Positions 1 to 15,450 are shown, counted from the first letter of the stretch. The stretch: 64,000 bases of DNA from Schmidtea polychroa (GCA_044892525.1 CM097885.1:22756001-22820000), one strand, 5' to 3'. Notes: generated from the sequence alone by a model not told the origin. Numbers and translations: made by a program.

Positions 1-1851
1 GCGAATTGAGAATGTCACTAAAAAAATTGTACAATTGATGCAATGCAACAACGACTCTACTAAACCGAAAAAAAATATTGGCGATCGGTAGTGGAACGAA
101 TTATTCATATAATGCAGTATTTATCAAGACAATGCTTGGCATTTAGAGGTTCATCTAAAAATCTTTTTCAAAACGACAACGGAAACTTTTTGAAATTAAT
201 AGAAACCATAGCTAAATTCGATCCAATAATGTCTGAACATTTACATCGCGTTCAAACGTTTGAGAAAAAGAATATTAGTCATTATTTAGGTGATCAGATT
301 CAAAATGAAATAATTAGCATTATAAGTGATGCTATTAAGAAAAAGATTTTAGAAATGCTCCACTCTTCAAAATATTATTCAATCATTCTTGATACAACAC
401 CAGACATAAGCCATACTGAACAGTTAACGATTGTCATAAGATTTGTTTATCACAATAAATTGAGAAATGTTGCAGAAATTCGTGAGCATTTTTTAGGATT
501 CCAAAGTGTAACTGACACAACCGGTGTAGGTTTATTCGAGTTCATCATTAACCATTTGAAATTAATGAACATTAATATATCAGATTTACGCGGACAGTCG
601 TACGATAACGGAGCTAATATGCGTTGGAGACATAATGGACTTCAACAAAAAATTCTTGAAATAAATTCACGAGCTTCTTTCGTTCCATGCGCTGAACGAT
701 GCAGCTAAAATTTCATTTGAGATGGTAAATATTTTTAGTGTGATTCAAGAACTATATAATTATTTTTCAATTAGTGTGAAACGGTGGGATGTATTAAAAA
801 AATACGTTAAAAACTTAACCCTAAAACCACTTTCTGCAACTAGATAGGAAAGTCGGATAGAAGCCCTGAAACCTCTGAAAATGTATATGTCAGAAATTTA
901 TCAAGCTCCATTAGATATCACTAATGACCACACAAAAGACATGGATTCTAGAGCTCAAGCAAATAATATAATTTCAAAAATTTGTTCTTTTAAATTTTTG
1001 TGTTCTGTCTCAATTTGGTATGATATATTGAATCTTGTCAATATTGTTAGCAAAATAATGCAAAAATCCACATTCAATTTACAATTAGTAACAGAAAATC
1101 TTAATTCAATTTTGAACAACTTAAAAAGTCTTAGAACTGATGATAAATTTGAAGAACTTGTGACGTCTGCAATGGCTAAAGCTAGAGAACTTGATATTGA
1201 GCCTGATTTCCCTGAAACTCGAAAGCGAAAAAAATGAAGTTATTCGATTACGAAGCATCAGATGATACAGTGAAGGATGCGAAACATGATTTTAAAATTA
1301 ACTTCTACTTCGCGATTCTGGACACCACTATATCGTCAATTTCAGAACGATTTCAACAATTGCAACAACACAATGAAGATTTTAAAATAATACACAACAT
1401 CAACCAACTAAAACAATGGGATAATGAGGATTTATTGAAACACTGCAAAGATTTGCAAATAAAATTAACCGACGGTGCAAACTTAAACGATGAAGATATT
1501 GATGGTATAGCTCTAAACGAAGAATAAAAAACCATTCAATTTTTTATAAAATCTGACTTGTCTCCTCACGAGGTTTTAAATTACATTTATAAAAATGCAT
1601 TAAATGAGATCTTCCCGAATATAACTATTGTATTACACATTTTTTTAACATTACCTGTGTCTGTTGCTTCTGGAGAAAGAAGTTTCTCTAAGTTAAAACT
1701 AATTAAAATCTATTTACGGTCTACCATGAAAGAAGCACGATTAACGGACTTATCCATAATATCTATAGAAAGCGATATTTTGGATTCCATAGATATTAAC
1801 GATCTCATAAAAAACTTTGTAGCTGCTAAAGCTAGAAGAGTAAATATGTAA
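1..1851 (+). pseudogene. hAT-family transposase (ZMYM1/DUF4371-like with C-terminal hATC dimerisation domain), fragmented by stops and frameshifts
   Basis: Successive ORFs 91-708, 881-1237, 1234-1527 and 1558-1851 carry LAFRG..GNFL, YSIILDTTPDISH.EQL, LRGQSYDNGANM, TRxESR and LTLPVSVASGERSFSKLKLIK..LRSTM..RL motifs. Confidence 0.9.
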
Positions 1852-2156
1852 AAAGTATTTTGATTTTTGAGTGATGAATAATTATAAAGTAATCTAATTC
1901 TTAATATATGTTTGAGACAAGCAAATTTTATTGATTGCTTAGATTTAGTATTATATATTGTATGTATATAACCCATGCCTGTATATTATCATATTATATA
2001 AGCTGTAATTATTTTTTAAAATAAAAGTATTCATTGGAAATATTCTAATGATTAAATTCATAACAAGTCATAGTTTTTGACATGGGGGTTCAGTTCAGGG
2101 AAGGGCGCTGAAAAAAATCTCGCACAAAGGCGCCTCTTACCCACGCGGCGGCCCTG
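1..2156 (+). mobile_element. Right part of a hAT DNA transposon, ending in the TIR ...GGCGGCCCTG
   Basis: Transposase is followed by a GC-rich subterminal region ending cacgcggcggccctg (reverse complement CAGGGCCGCC, a typical hAT terminus). Confidence 0.75.
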
Positions 2157-5100
2157 TATATATGTTGGATGACAGGGGTCGAAGAATTGAAAAATTCGAG
2201 TTAACAAAGTATTATCAAACAGGCCCGAATCGATACCGGGTGAATATATTCGCAGAAAGAAGACTGTTCCCAAACAATCAAGCGTGATTTAACAATTACT
2301 ATATTAAGAGACAAATGTGATTTAATCCTTCTAACAATAATGAATCTTTGGGATTATATATTTTATAACAATTTATATCCTCATCTTTTTTTTATTGTAT
2401 ATGGTATAAGCTGCATATTTTATTTTAGATTGTAGTAATTTATATCTTTCATTTTTTTATCTTTCTAGTATATGCTGTATAGATTCACATTTTATTTTTT
2501 ATATTGTAGTAATTCATATTTTATTTTTTTACAACGTAGTAATTTATACTCTTATATCCTTTTGTACAATATATTATAATAATTTATATTTTAATTCATA
2601 TCTTTATGGTTGCAATTACATTTAAATAATTCACAAAAGGGAAATATAAATTCTGAATAAATAAAAAAAACAATTTATTAAATAAATAAGAAATACCACA
2701 GTTGGGAAATAATCCATATATAAATTCTAAATAAAGAAAAACAATTTATTAAATAAACAAGAAAAGTAATTTTAAATCCATTTAAATATAAATATTATAT
2801 AAGAACAAATAAATGGAATTTTATTCAATAGATTAAATAAACAAAAATTCAGTATATATACTGAACTCAAAATCACAAAATTCGCCCAAAAAATAAGCGA
2901 TTAGTACTGCTTTAGAAGGTAAATCCTTACAAAGCATTAAAATCAGACAGACACTACAAAAACGTCTCAAGGTTATCACAAGCAACACAACACGCACATA
3001 TAACACGCACACACAAAACACAACACGCATCGTGAAAGTAAATCAAAAAGAGTTTGAAGTGAATAATTGATTGAAAAGAGTTTGAAACGAGAGATTGATT
3101 TTGAAGATATTCAAGCCGATAATTTGAATTGGTAAAAAATTTTATATTAATAAATTTTAGTTACAAATTTGGCCTTTGTGTTTTCATATTTATATATTTA
3201 TATAGTTATAACCAGTGCATGTTGGGTTTCAATAAATATTATTGAGACCTCAACATATATATATATATTTATTATTATATATTATTATTATATATTTATT
3301 ATTATATATTATTATTATATATATATTATTATTATGAACATTATTTTCGACTATCCTACGACTTGAGGGTGGCGTTTATGAGAAAATACCAATTATGCTG
3401 CTGTAAGTTGCTATTAAAGTCTATTACATATATCTGGTTTTATAATTTAGGTTTCAAGTAATTTATTAATATGCTATTAACTATTAAAATTTGATGGGTT
3501 ACAACATACGGCATTTTGCCTAAGGTATGGAAGAAGAAATTGACAGTAAGGCAAAAAAGGAAAAATTAAAGATAAAAAATAGAACTAGCGGAAAGGGAAA
3601 TAAAAGAATCAAGTTAAGTCAAAGGAGTAGATATATTGTTGGAGAATCAAAGCGGTTACAGCGAGACTTATTGAATAGTCAGATTAAGCATTTTATCGCG
3701 ATATTCAGAGTTTTGTAAATTGTAGTTTATACGAATTTGATGCCAATATACGCTGAGTGTTGTTTCTCTAATTGTTTTTACAGAACACGTCGAGTAAAAA
3801 ACACCGACGTTAATATTTTAACGGGTTATATTTTTAATGTTTTCAGTAAAAATCTTTTGGATTTATATTCACCTTTGATCCATTTTTGTTTTCTTTTAAC
3901 ATTTCATTTATTTTCACTACGACCATAAATCAAAAATTTATTTTCCTGTATAATACAAATATTCGATCTATAATCGTTACTGAAAATAAATGAAATTTCA
4001 AATCTTATTGATATTTTTGAAATATTTAATTATTTATTTAAGTAAATAATTATGTAAACAAATGTTATTTGCGAATGAAAAGTAAACAATAAAAACAATA
4101 TTACACACTAACTGATAAAATACATTATAATTACTATTAAAACAAATAAAATTTAAATCTTTATTATTAAATCGTATAACATGTTAAAGTCTTAAAATAT
4201 TTTAATATAATTTGTCTCCTGTGTTTCCAAGCAGCTATCCATATTTTGAAGTGTCTTAATAAAAATATTTACACGAATTTTATAAATAAAAACAAATATT
4301 ACCAAAAAAGTGAAAAAAATTGCAATTGAAAATAAAAAGTGGCAAATGTCTTGAATGTCGTAAAAATCTAAAAATATACATTTCTTGTTTTGTTCTCGAG
4401 ATATTGCCGGATTTTCCTATTGAAATTTGGGAAATTTATTAAATTGTAATAATATATTTACCTGCCAGTTAGACGTTGGTTGAATGAAGCAATAGACAGC
4501 CACTGCCCAACACGAAATGGCAATTATTGTATAGCAAATAGCCGTTTTACTGATAATTTCCTTGTGAAATGTCTACATTTTTATCGTTAATTAGTTTAAT
4601 AAAATAATAAAAATTAAATTTTAAAGAATTAAAATTAATTGGTATAGGCTGCTAAATTTTGAAATGACAATCTATTGAAATAAATGTTGAACAAAATTAT
4701 AAGACAACCGTATTTTTCAAAAAGAGATTAGTAATATATTTCGATGGGGCCTTCAAAGCTCTTGCTCATAATAAATTTCAATTAGACAAGATTTTAGATG
4801 TTGTTCAGTAATTACTATTGGCATTTCTTGCAAATTTACAGCCTCCATAACTCGATTGGAAACAAGTAAACTTTCATTGACATAAGGCATGGAATACGCA
4901 AATTCTTCTTGGAAAATAGATAGCATTGATGAAGGTTGAACGTAAAAATCAGCAAAAAAACCCAGCAGATGTTTTGACCCGCGTTCCAAGCTGATGGTTG
5001 AAGCATACAATGTCATTTGATTGTATGGGATTATAGTCAGAACAAATGAAGAACCGTCATTGCAAACATTATTTTGAACGAGTAAAATCTATTTGCTTCG

Positions 5101-8100
5101 TTCAGTCAACACACTCAGTGAAAGAGGTTTCCGGCCATCTCAGAACGGTATCATTATTGGGGTCCTTGATAAGATGGGGAACCTTATATCGAATAGTTAA
5201 CAAGCAGTTTATCGATTTTAACCTAATATTTTTGCTAATCAGAACCACTTCGGGTTTTAGCAGTTTCGGGAAATTATTTTAGAAAATCCATTTGGAATTA
5301 TTGGTCGGTAAATTATAAATATAGTGGTAAATTATAAATTGTAAAGAATAAATTATAAATTATTTATTAGGGTAAGAGAGTCAGCATACGTTTTTTGTAG
5401 CTGTTTCGCTTCGTTTAAATTAATCAAGTATCAATCAATTCTATGGGTTGATACTATAGCGCAACATTTGGGAAACTACCCTCATCTTTTTCCGTTCACT
5501 TTTGTCAAGCTGTTGGCGCATTTTAGGGCCAGCTTTGACACTTAGTAGTAACCTTCAGGGTGGTTTGTATAACCGATCGGCTTTCCTTTAGAGCAACCAG
5601 TTTACATAGTTTGTTTTATAAGTGTAATTGATTAATACAATTCTTTAAACCATATTTGTTATTTATTAATTTTAACCTACACGCGGTTTAAACTAATTTT
5701 GAGTCAAAACATTAATTGTGTTAGTTCGAATATACACGGATCTAACATTATAGAGAGAAATCACCTAACAATAAAATTCCATGCCGAAGGAATCGTTTAG
5801 ACACACAGGACATTATTTTATGGTATAATCTAGGCAATAATAATGGAAATGCTCCTTCAGATGAATTATATAATATCATTGAAGATTTTAGAGGGGTATC
5901 AAAAAGGATTGTGAAGTACCCAGTGATTTCAAAGTTGGTCAGAAGATTGATTTAAAGTAAGTTCCTACATAATGCACTTCGTGATGGCCCAGCGAGATCG
6001 TTACCGGCATTAATTGGTTCAACAACATCGATATTGACGTAATATACAACGCCACATAGTGGACATCAGAGTACTGCCGACCCAATCCATTGAAACCAGT
6101 GATGTTGAACTCTATTTTGGAAAAAAATTAGATTGATGACGGAAATACAGGAAGATAAACATCCTGTACACACCCAACTAAGCCCTATTATCTTCATAAG
6201 TAAAAGCTGGATTCGTCCCACTGATCACGGCGCAATGTGATAATTTAAGACATTTAAGATTGTTTTAAAAGTTCGTATAGATGAATTTTGAATTGAGAAT
6301 AAATATAATCTTTATTTCGTATTTTTTTTCTCACATTATTTGATTTTTTTGAATCTATTTCATTAATTTTTATTCTTAAAATCACTTGAAAAAGGCAGTG
6401 CTGAAAATTAGTGAATATCAAAATAAACATCGATATATTTACTGATTCATAGTCAAGCTTTTTAATAAATACAATGTCAATGGAAAAGAAATCAATGGTG
6501 AATTTGATTAAAGTTCTTATTATTAGAAAATATTTTTGGAACACGAGAAAAATCATTGGAATACGAAAATAAGTTTTTACTATTACAATTAAATGACATA
6601 CAAAATGGATTGCTTCTTAAAAACCAGGAAAATATTTTAAAAAGACAATGTCAATTTTATTTTTAAAACTGTATTTTATATTGCTCCGTGCAGCTTCTAA
6701 AAGCTTTTTATTTCCTGCTGCATAGCACGAGATTTGTCGCATTTTACTTTTAAATTTTTACAAATTAATAATTCGGCTTTAACATGATCAGGCGTTAAAC
6801 GGTTCCTTTAATCCCACCACATTGAACCCGTTACTGAAACAATTCGTTCGATGAATGAATTACTGGCGGGAATGCTGATTAAAAATACCATTAACTTCCT
6901 CTGAACAGGATATTCTCCTTTCCTTAGTGTTTGTACCCACAATTGTTCCTAGCTTTTTCATTCTCTTCGTTTTCCATGATATATTTAGCTAATCTATCAT
7001 TTGATGAGCATAGCTAGTAGAAGTAATACTTGGATGTGGAATAATGTTTTTTTACATCTTTAACTCAGCAGCACAAGAAAACCTAATGCTGTAATGGTTT
7101 ACAGACTGCTACTATTCTCGGTAAAGCCGCGGACATCGCACATCAGTTACTATATAAATAAGATGTACAGGCGTGCTGGCGTATAAACTAACATGTATAT
7201 ACTTGACTGAAGCTTATTGTTTACACAGTCAAAGTAGGCCATCTGCTTGCTGGGTGTCTGCTTTTACTGTATACTTACTCATATGTTTGTTACGCTAAAA
7301 GCTGGTGCCGGTTGTCATTATGCAGGTTGCCTCCTTTCATTGTGTCAGTGTCCTGACAGTAAACCAGAGAGAAGAGTAAACACGTCACGTTATCTTTGTA
7401 ACTGCCCTTTTTGTGGGTAAAACATCATAATCTCAAATACTTAATAAGATATTGATATTAACATTTATCTATAAAATAAAACGAAATCCGATTTCAAAAA
7501 GATATTTTCTCCAAACATATTTTTTTACTACATTTCTACTGTGTTTCACATTTCAGGTCCGTTTTAATTGTAATTACATTCTGAACGTTATAACGGAGAC
7601 AGATTTTCACTTTATCTTACGTGAATCGAATATTAAATAGTTTAAAATAATGAATGCTGGCTCAATATTTTGTTAGAACTGCCTCCCTTGGCTGCGCCAC
7701 TGTAAATTATAATAAAAGTGTAAAATTGTAGTAACTGATGCCATGTCCACGTGTATACTGTCAAGAGGAAAAGAGTGTACTCTAAAGAGAAGTGACACTC
7801 AACAGTAAAAATGTCACATGATCGGACCCGCGAAGATTGCCGACAAGTTACGAATGGCGCTCTATTAGGCAACTTACGACACGATAACAAGATTGGTCGG
7901 AATGAAGTTCACAAAACTAACATTTTTTAAACTTTGTGTAGACTTTACAAAATAAAAAACAAAACGTCTGTTTTAAAAAATAAATAAAGTTAAAGGACAA
8001 ATCAATGAAATAAAAGACTGTCCTCCTAAAAAGGACGTATGGTCACCGTAATTATAATTTAAGAAGACTGTAAAATAACTTAAATAGAAACTCATAATAA

Positions 8101-8628
8101 TGCTTTTTATGCATAAATTTTAATGTATTTTTAAAAATTTGATTGAAACCAAAATTGTATTTATGGGCCTCTAGCTTACATAGCTCCAATAAACACAAAA
8201 CTAAAATTGAAAGCTTAGACTTGTTAAAATGATGATGTAAAAAGAATGAATAATGAGTTGCTACCTGCATTTCACTCACCACAGAATCAAATATAAAATA
8301 TTTTTTATCATACTTTACATTTTTATATAATTAATAAGTTTTATAAAATGACGATAAAATTGTAACCAGTACAAATCTGTTTGATAGTTTCAGTGATATT
8401 CCTTATATTCTTACCGCTATTTCTATAGGTGACCCCGTTCATTCAATGACAAATAATTCAAGACTATAAATATAATAAATATAACTATAATTATTTCAAT
8501 CGGACGCAACCGTTGTATATTGCATATATTGTTGTCACGCCAGAGTGGCTTACGACCGTTAAGGGTTAAGGAAATTGCTACATTATTAATAATCACAAAC
8601 AATCATTATTTTAATTTAATACTTATAG

Positions 8629-8795
8629 TATAAAGTGATGATTTCTTGGTAGCAGCCTTTATTATTTAAAACAATAAAGTGATAATTTAAGGCTTTTGCT
8701 ACGAAAAATGTATTGCCAAGGATTATCTTATAGTCGAAATTTTTTTCATTAAATACATTATTCACAGCAAAAGGCTTAAATTATCACTTTATTGC
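8629..8795. repeat. Internally deleted fold-back copy of the MITE at 17496-18253
   Basis: Starts tataaagtgatgatttcttggtagcagc, like the 17496 element, and contains the inverted arm cttaaattatcactttattg. Confidence 0.7.
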
Positions 8796-8868
<73 letters not shown>

Positions 8869-9591
8869 GTATAAAGTTTATACTAATAATAATAATAATA
8901 ATAATAAAATTCAAATTGAATGTAAGGACTAACTTTCATGACAAGGTAATATCCAAAATAGGTTAGCAAATTTACAGCTAGAATGGTCAGGAAAAATAAT
9001 GGAAATTCACCCGGTTTCATTAGAACTCCGTAAACGGATCTAAAGAGTAATGTAAACTCAAAAACATATAAGGATTATAATAAGATAATTGTTTTATTAA
9101 ACTACTAACTAGTCATCAGAATCAAGACTTAAATTGTCTAATTTATCTGTTCTTTTTTTCAACAAACCTAAATAACAAAAATCTTTTTTTAATTATTTCC
9201 CTCGATTTGCATTACCATTGTTATTGCATATCGTGGCGTGGAATCGGTAATTGAGCTATTCGGTAGTTACAGCTGTTATTGCAATACATTTTTACATAGC
9301 AAGAGAGTAATTTAAATAGCAAGAACCATGCAACTCGTTATCACTTTTCATTCCTAAGATCTGTTACATCTTTCATTGTTGAAGGGGCGAAAAGCCTTTT
9401 ATCGAGATCTTACGCTAAAGTTTTTGCAGCAGTTTTTGTTGCGTAATCAAAATATTCGTTCGATTGTGGTATAGGTCCGATTTCAAGATATAGTAAAAAG
9501 CGAGTTAAGGTTTTGTCTCTTCTCTGATCCATTCGTTTTTTGATTTCGTTGAGTAAGATTTTACTTAAATCACTGTTGATTTCCGTTAGAG

Positions 9592-10008
9592 CATGGTTTC
9601 CCAAACTACGTTCCGCGGAGCGTAAATAGAAATTTTGCAAAAATTTGGAGTAAATTTAGAAAATTGAACATATTCTACTTCAAAATGAAAGACGACCAAC
9701 GATTAAATTTCATTGATTTTTATGACGTCAAGAGCACACGAAGATTTTTAGTACCTAGAAGTTGCGTACAGTAATAAAAGTTTTTAACAAGTGCCAATAT
9801 TTTTTAATGAGGGAGAAAGACTATCTCTCATCCTGTGCGCATGAAAGAGATGTGGTAAATGGGATTGTTTTTACCTGATTCGCTGATATTTCTTTAATAA
9901 TATTTTTTTTATTTATGAATTAGCCAATCTACAAAATAAGCTAAGTGTTCCGCCAAAATTTTCTGATTTGCCAAGTGTTCCGTCGCTGAAAAAGTTTGGT
10001 AAACCCTG
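9592..10008. mobile_element. Non-autonomous hAT (Charlie-like) MITE
   Basis: Imperfect TIRs catggtttcccaaact / agtttggtaaaccctg; 8-bp TSD cgttagag on both sides. Confidence 0.85.
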
Positions 10009-10121
10009 CGTTAGAGAATTAAATAAAGTGTTGAATTTTCCATGCAAAGTTAATTGACTGCAATTTCAAGTACTTTTGTAAAAAAATGGGTTTTTTTCAT
10101 TCACAGTTTCATAACCTAGAT

Positions 10122-10337
10122 CAGTGGTCTTCAAACTTCAAAAGCTCGCAGAACCCTTATGTGAAATAATGCGTTACAATAAAGATTTTATTTAAGTTTC
10201 TTTATGAGAAATGAAAAATTTTATTGATGTTTTTTGGTGAGAAATGAAGCAATTTCTTTGAAATTATTGATTTTTATTTGGAACCCTTGAGGGATTTCAT
10301 GGAACCCTAGAGTTCCGCGGAACACATTTTGAAGACC
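10122..10337. mobile_element. hAT MITE with eroded right TIR
   Basis: cagtggtcttcaaact ... ttttgaagacc; acctagat repeated on both flanks. Confidence 0.7.
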
Positions 10338-12095
10338 TAGATCAACTAGTGCTTAATTAACGCAATATTTGAGTCGTAAAAATCTTTATACCATCGTATC
10401 CATCAAATTCCATCTTGTTTATACATCGATAAGAAGGCTAAATTATTTATTTTTTCTTGTGATCATATATATTTGAAATTTAATATTTTGGCTGGAAACT
10501 TAGGAACAATCTTTACTATTTTCCGTACCTCATTTATATAGAAGAAATATTTACATTTAACTCCAGTAAACAGAATTCTTTCATAAACCAAAGAAAATTA
10601 TCATTATCATTCTCGAATGGAAAGATTGTATCAAGATAAATTGACTCGGTGTCAGAGGTATTATCATCCCCGTTAGGGAAATTATCTTTGATTTTTCCTA
10701 TTATCTGATTCTCTAATTGAAATGTCATTATCAGATTTCAGATGTTGTACAACAAAAGTATTATTGTATATTTTCTTGCTTTATAAAGAATCCGTTACTG
10801 CTAGGTGCAATGCGTGATTATGGCACAATTACAAAATTGCACTAATATTATTGCCGTATCTAACCATGACAGCCGCGCCATCATGAGTCGATACCACAAT
10901 ATCTGATTCCATATCGGTGTTAAATTCTAAGAGCTTCAGTTTGACGTACATTTCAGTCGTTGTAGCATCCGCTTTTTTTTTAATTTCGACTAAACCTAAC
11001 ACAAAACTCTTATGTAATATTTTGCTGCTATCATAAATTCGTAAGGTTTCATTTAAAAAACGAATAGCGTCCATTCATCCATAGTCAGCGAAAATTTTCC
11101 ATTTCCCATTTTGTACTGATCAAATTGCGTGGTCATTTGATATTTTTTTATAATAACCATCGTATTAATGGAATATTAAACTTCTTATATTCAACATAGC
11201 CTTTAACTGCTTCTGAACATCTGATTGCACGAATGGACACATCGAGATAGTATTTCTCTCAGCGAAGATTGTTTTCGATGAAATCTAAATTGTATGACCC
11301 TCAATTTTAGGCTTTTTCATTAAAATTTCTTGTTCAACAATCGAATTAGTGTAGTGGTAGTTCACCCTTTACATCTTATAACCATTGAACATTTAGTACA
11401 AACTGCTTCCTTATGGTTACCTAACTTTTTAAAATAAGTACAAACATCAAATCTTTTGCCGGTACATTTTGAAGTTATGCCTTGAAAAAATTAACATTTA
11501 AAATTTAAACCATTTCCTATTAAAAATTATGTTAAGAATGACGGTAATGATGGGAAAAGTTAAAATGATAATAAAAATAAAGTTAATATTTTGTAAATTT
11601 TATTTTTAAAATTTTTCAACTTAAAATTAAATTTTGATTGCATGGATTTTATGCTATAATCAGCAGTATTTAATTTATATGTTCAATTTATTATAATTCT
11701 GTCTAGTTTAATGAATTCTGAATAATTTACATGCATTTGCACCTGACACGCGTACAAACAAACAAACAAATTAAAGACGGCTATTATATTATTAATTACC
11801 TTTAAATTAAACTAGAAATCAGTTAACATATAATATTAATATTATTTTTAAATTTCGCGAAGAAAGCAATTCTATTGTTACATTTATTATCCATTTGTGA
11901 AACAAACAACAACCATTGATGAGATGAGCTGTCAAATACAAATAAAATACAGTGTTGCAAATCATAAGATATTGAAGTTTCGAAGTTCGAAAAAGAATGA
12001 AGGGATGGAAAACCATTATATTTTGGGATATAAAAAATATATATTCGTGTAAAAATATTTGAATAACGAATACTTAAAATATATTTAAAAGGCAT

Positions 12096-12879
12096 CTAAA
12101 AGAAATTATAAGGAATATGGCTTATTATTTTGTATACATATTGTCCCTCTTTAATAATTTGTGGTATTTCCAGTATAAATTTTTGGGCAGCCTGTACATC
12201 TGCTGGAGCTCGCTCTCCTTCAAATTTTATATTACGCAAAGAAAATCTTTTTCTTAATTTTTCGAACCACCCTTTACTTTTCAAAAATGATACTTTTGAG
12301 TGCTCTTTAAAAGAATGTTCATCTTGTTTTAAATGGTTGTAAATTCTGAGCGCGTTTTCTATAATAATATTCGTGCTCAAAAGGATATTTTTATCTAAAC
12401 AATCTTCTATCCATATTATAAGAGCATATTCCATTTTTACAATATTTATATCTCGTTTGCGGGATATACGTTTAGCACCTTGCGAACAACCACCACAAAC
12501 ATTTTTTCTAATTTCTTTTTCAACTTTTAATATATACGATCTAAAATTCCTATTTTTTCTTCGAGTGAAATAAATTTTCGTTTAAATTTTTGTTTGTTAA
12601 TTTTGTCAGACATTATCTAAATTTAGGGAACAAAATTAGTTTTACTATAAACATTACAACTTAATTTTTAACATACCTGATATTAAAATTATTATGAACT
12701 TATAGACTTTCAAAAGATGGCCATTATTATTTACTATGTATGAACTTTTATACTATTTACTTTCCAAAATATTGAAAACAATGCAAGCAAAACCTTTATC
12801 AACTTCATTTACAAAGAACAGAGCGATACTGATTTATATGCTATTCGCCTTATTAAACGCAATTTAAAAAAATCAAACG

Positions 12880-12924
<45 letters not shown>

Positions 12925-13463
12925 GTAGGCAAATGGTAATTTTAGGAAAATAACATTTGGCTAGGCAAAAGCCATTTGCCTGGTCAAATAGCTTTAGCTA
13001 TTATTTCATTTCCATTTGATTAGGAAAAGTCATTTTAGCCATTTGGCTAAATCTTTGTTGGGCAAATAATTCTAATGTTATTAATTTCGAGGTTATAAAG
13101 ATATGAAGAAAAAAATTTAAATAACCATTATAATGTATTATTAAACCATAATAATTAACTTTTTTCAAAGTACCTACCTCTATGTTTTATGTAATAAAAA
13201 AAACACGCAAAACAAATTTAAAATTCTAACCTCAAAATTCTACATTCTAGCCAAATGTTATTTTCCTAAAATTACCATGAAATGAAATAATAGCTAAGGC
13301 ATTTGCCTAGCCAAATGTTATTTTCCTAAAATTATCATTTGCCTACGACATATACATAACATATTCAATTTTTGAAAACGTTATGTTATAAATTTCAAGT
13401 CTTATACCGTGTAATATCGAAACCGTGTTATACAAATACCATGTTATACGAGGGACTACTGTA
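12096..13463 (-). mobile_element. Tigger/pogo transposon remnant (CENP-B-type HTH fragment plus TIR)
   Basis: ORF 12096-12434 has ME.AL..WIED...LS..II.E.AL and SKGWFEKLRKRFSLRNIK..GE.A.AD; terminus cgagggactactgta near 13450-13463. Confidence 0.8.
12921..13350. mobile_element. MITE with ~50-bp TIRs inserted in a TA run
   Basis: tgtcgtaggcaaatggtaattttaggaaaataacatttggctaggcaaa at left is the near-perfect reverse complement of the right end; TA flanks. Confidence 0.85.
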
Positions 13464-14029
13464 GTGCGTTTTCAAATTCATCAACTCATTTGTTTTAAAT
13501 ACCTCATTTAATTATATTAAACCATTTTAATTTTTTAAACTAAAATTTTTTAATTAATGTTTGAATTTTAAATTGTAAGTATGTATTTATGAAATAATAA
13601 TTATGCAATAATGCTTTTAAAACATGTCTAAATTCATATACTTTCCTGTATATGAAGGAAATGGATGAATTTACTAATAAAAAATAAGGAGTCAGCAACA
13701 TTTAAAGAAACTGACATATATCTGACATTGACAAGAAAAGGGAGGTCGCAAAAAAAGTACAAAAACAATAGGCGAGATTTCTTAGTTTTCAGGATATTGA
13801 AAATAAATTATCCTCTTAAGTATCACAGGTAACAGTAGGGAGGTAAATGCAAAAGATTCCTATAACAATTAGGAAACAAATTTTCGAGCTAAAACCTCGA
13901 GTTAAATTTGATATTTTAATAATGAGAAAATATTTTCCAAAATTATTTTCCAATTAAGGACGCTACTGTCTAGGTGGCCTCAATGGAAACTGAAAGACGA
14001 AGTCAGTTAAATCAAAAATTGATACGATA

Positions 14030-14224
<195 letters not shown>

Positions 14225-14325
14225 ATTTGGCGTTCTTACTTATATTTAAATCGATGCCATTATTTAGTGACTGCTATAATTAATATAAATGTATTTTTTT
14301 TCATAACAAATGAATATAATTTTAC

Positions 14326-14583
14326 ATCGTTCCATTGATAACAAACGCAAATACCACAATAGCCATCCGATATTTATAAGTTGGTATGAAAGCTTTCCAT
14401 TTGTTTGATTTTATGGCTAAATAAACTTTCTTTGGCATACTAATACCTAAAACATAAAAACAATGAAAAATATAATCACAAAAATACATATTTAAAAAAT
14501 ATATTATAAATAATTAAAATACAGACATGACAAACGAAGTATAGAAATTTAGAAAGAAAAAAATCTTTTTATAAAATTTGTTA

Positions 14584-14658
<75 letters not shown>

Positions 14659-15450
14659 TTTTTTTTATTTTGACAACAGATCAAAAATCAATTTTTTATA
14701 AAACTCAAATTTTCGACTGTCTTTATTAATTTTTGATCTTTTATATTAAAAATAAATGAAATATCAAAAAAAGAAAACAGATCAAAAGTGAGCAAAAAAA
14801 TAATAGATTTTAAACGATATTAATTTTATTATATTTTTATTAAAAACAATATAAAAAAGATTTATCAAAAATTATTTTAAATTGTTACTTACTAATTTTA
14901 CTTTGACCAAAATAGTAAATATTGCACATTAGTATAACAGTCCACATTATGTATAAAACTGTAAATAGCGACCAGAAAATAATTTCTTTAAAAAGCTAAA
15001 GTTTGGGAAAAATTCCAAAATTAATATGAAAAAGAATCTTTTATAGGCGACTTACCTGATGCATTAGACCAATAACGATGAATATGCCCACGACAATGTA
15101 AAACAAATGAGCTGAAGCAGTTATATCAAAATGGCGGAACTGATAGAATTGTATTATCATTATGCAAATAAGTATATACTTGTAAGATTGATCTATATAA
15201 ATTTCATCACAAATATAATTTATCACAAGTATAATTACTAAATATCATATGTCTCTCATTTGGGCAAACGTGATAGGTTCCACCCAAAATTCCTTCCATC
15301 AGAAGAGAAAACCCCATTGCATAATACAGTCCATAATATTTTGGTAACCCATAGTACTATTACTCAATAAGTATTATCATTGTAATTATTGCAAAACTTA
15401 CAAAAATTGACATATCTAACTCATTTTGCCATGCATTATAAAGTCCATGC
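14326..15450 (-). CDS. SID-1/SIDT-family transmembrane protein, membrane-domain exons (15450-15402, 15356-15239, 15192-15056, 14995-14902, 14446-14326)
   Basis: Spliced translation YYGLPKYYGLYYAMGFSLLMEGILGGTYHVCPN...QFYQFRHFDITASA...FWSLFTVLYI...IYYFGQ...PTYKYRMAIV matches SIDT GIPKHFGLFYAMG..LMMEG.LSACYHVCPN / LYQ.RHPDINASA; GT-AG introns with compatible phases. Confidence 0.85.

Larger units (their letters stand above)
9110..11460 (-). pseudogene. Degraded hAT-type transposase interrupted by two MITEs
   Basis: Minus-strand fragments VVSTHDGAAVM, C.NHALHLAVTD and IDVxTRWN; ORFs 9410-9640, 10534-10728 and 10829-11074; ends approximate. Confidence 0.6.

Noticed and set aside
4750..6240. Possible retroelement-derived coding remnants
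   Set aside because: Coding-like composition but no motif identified with confidence
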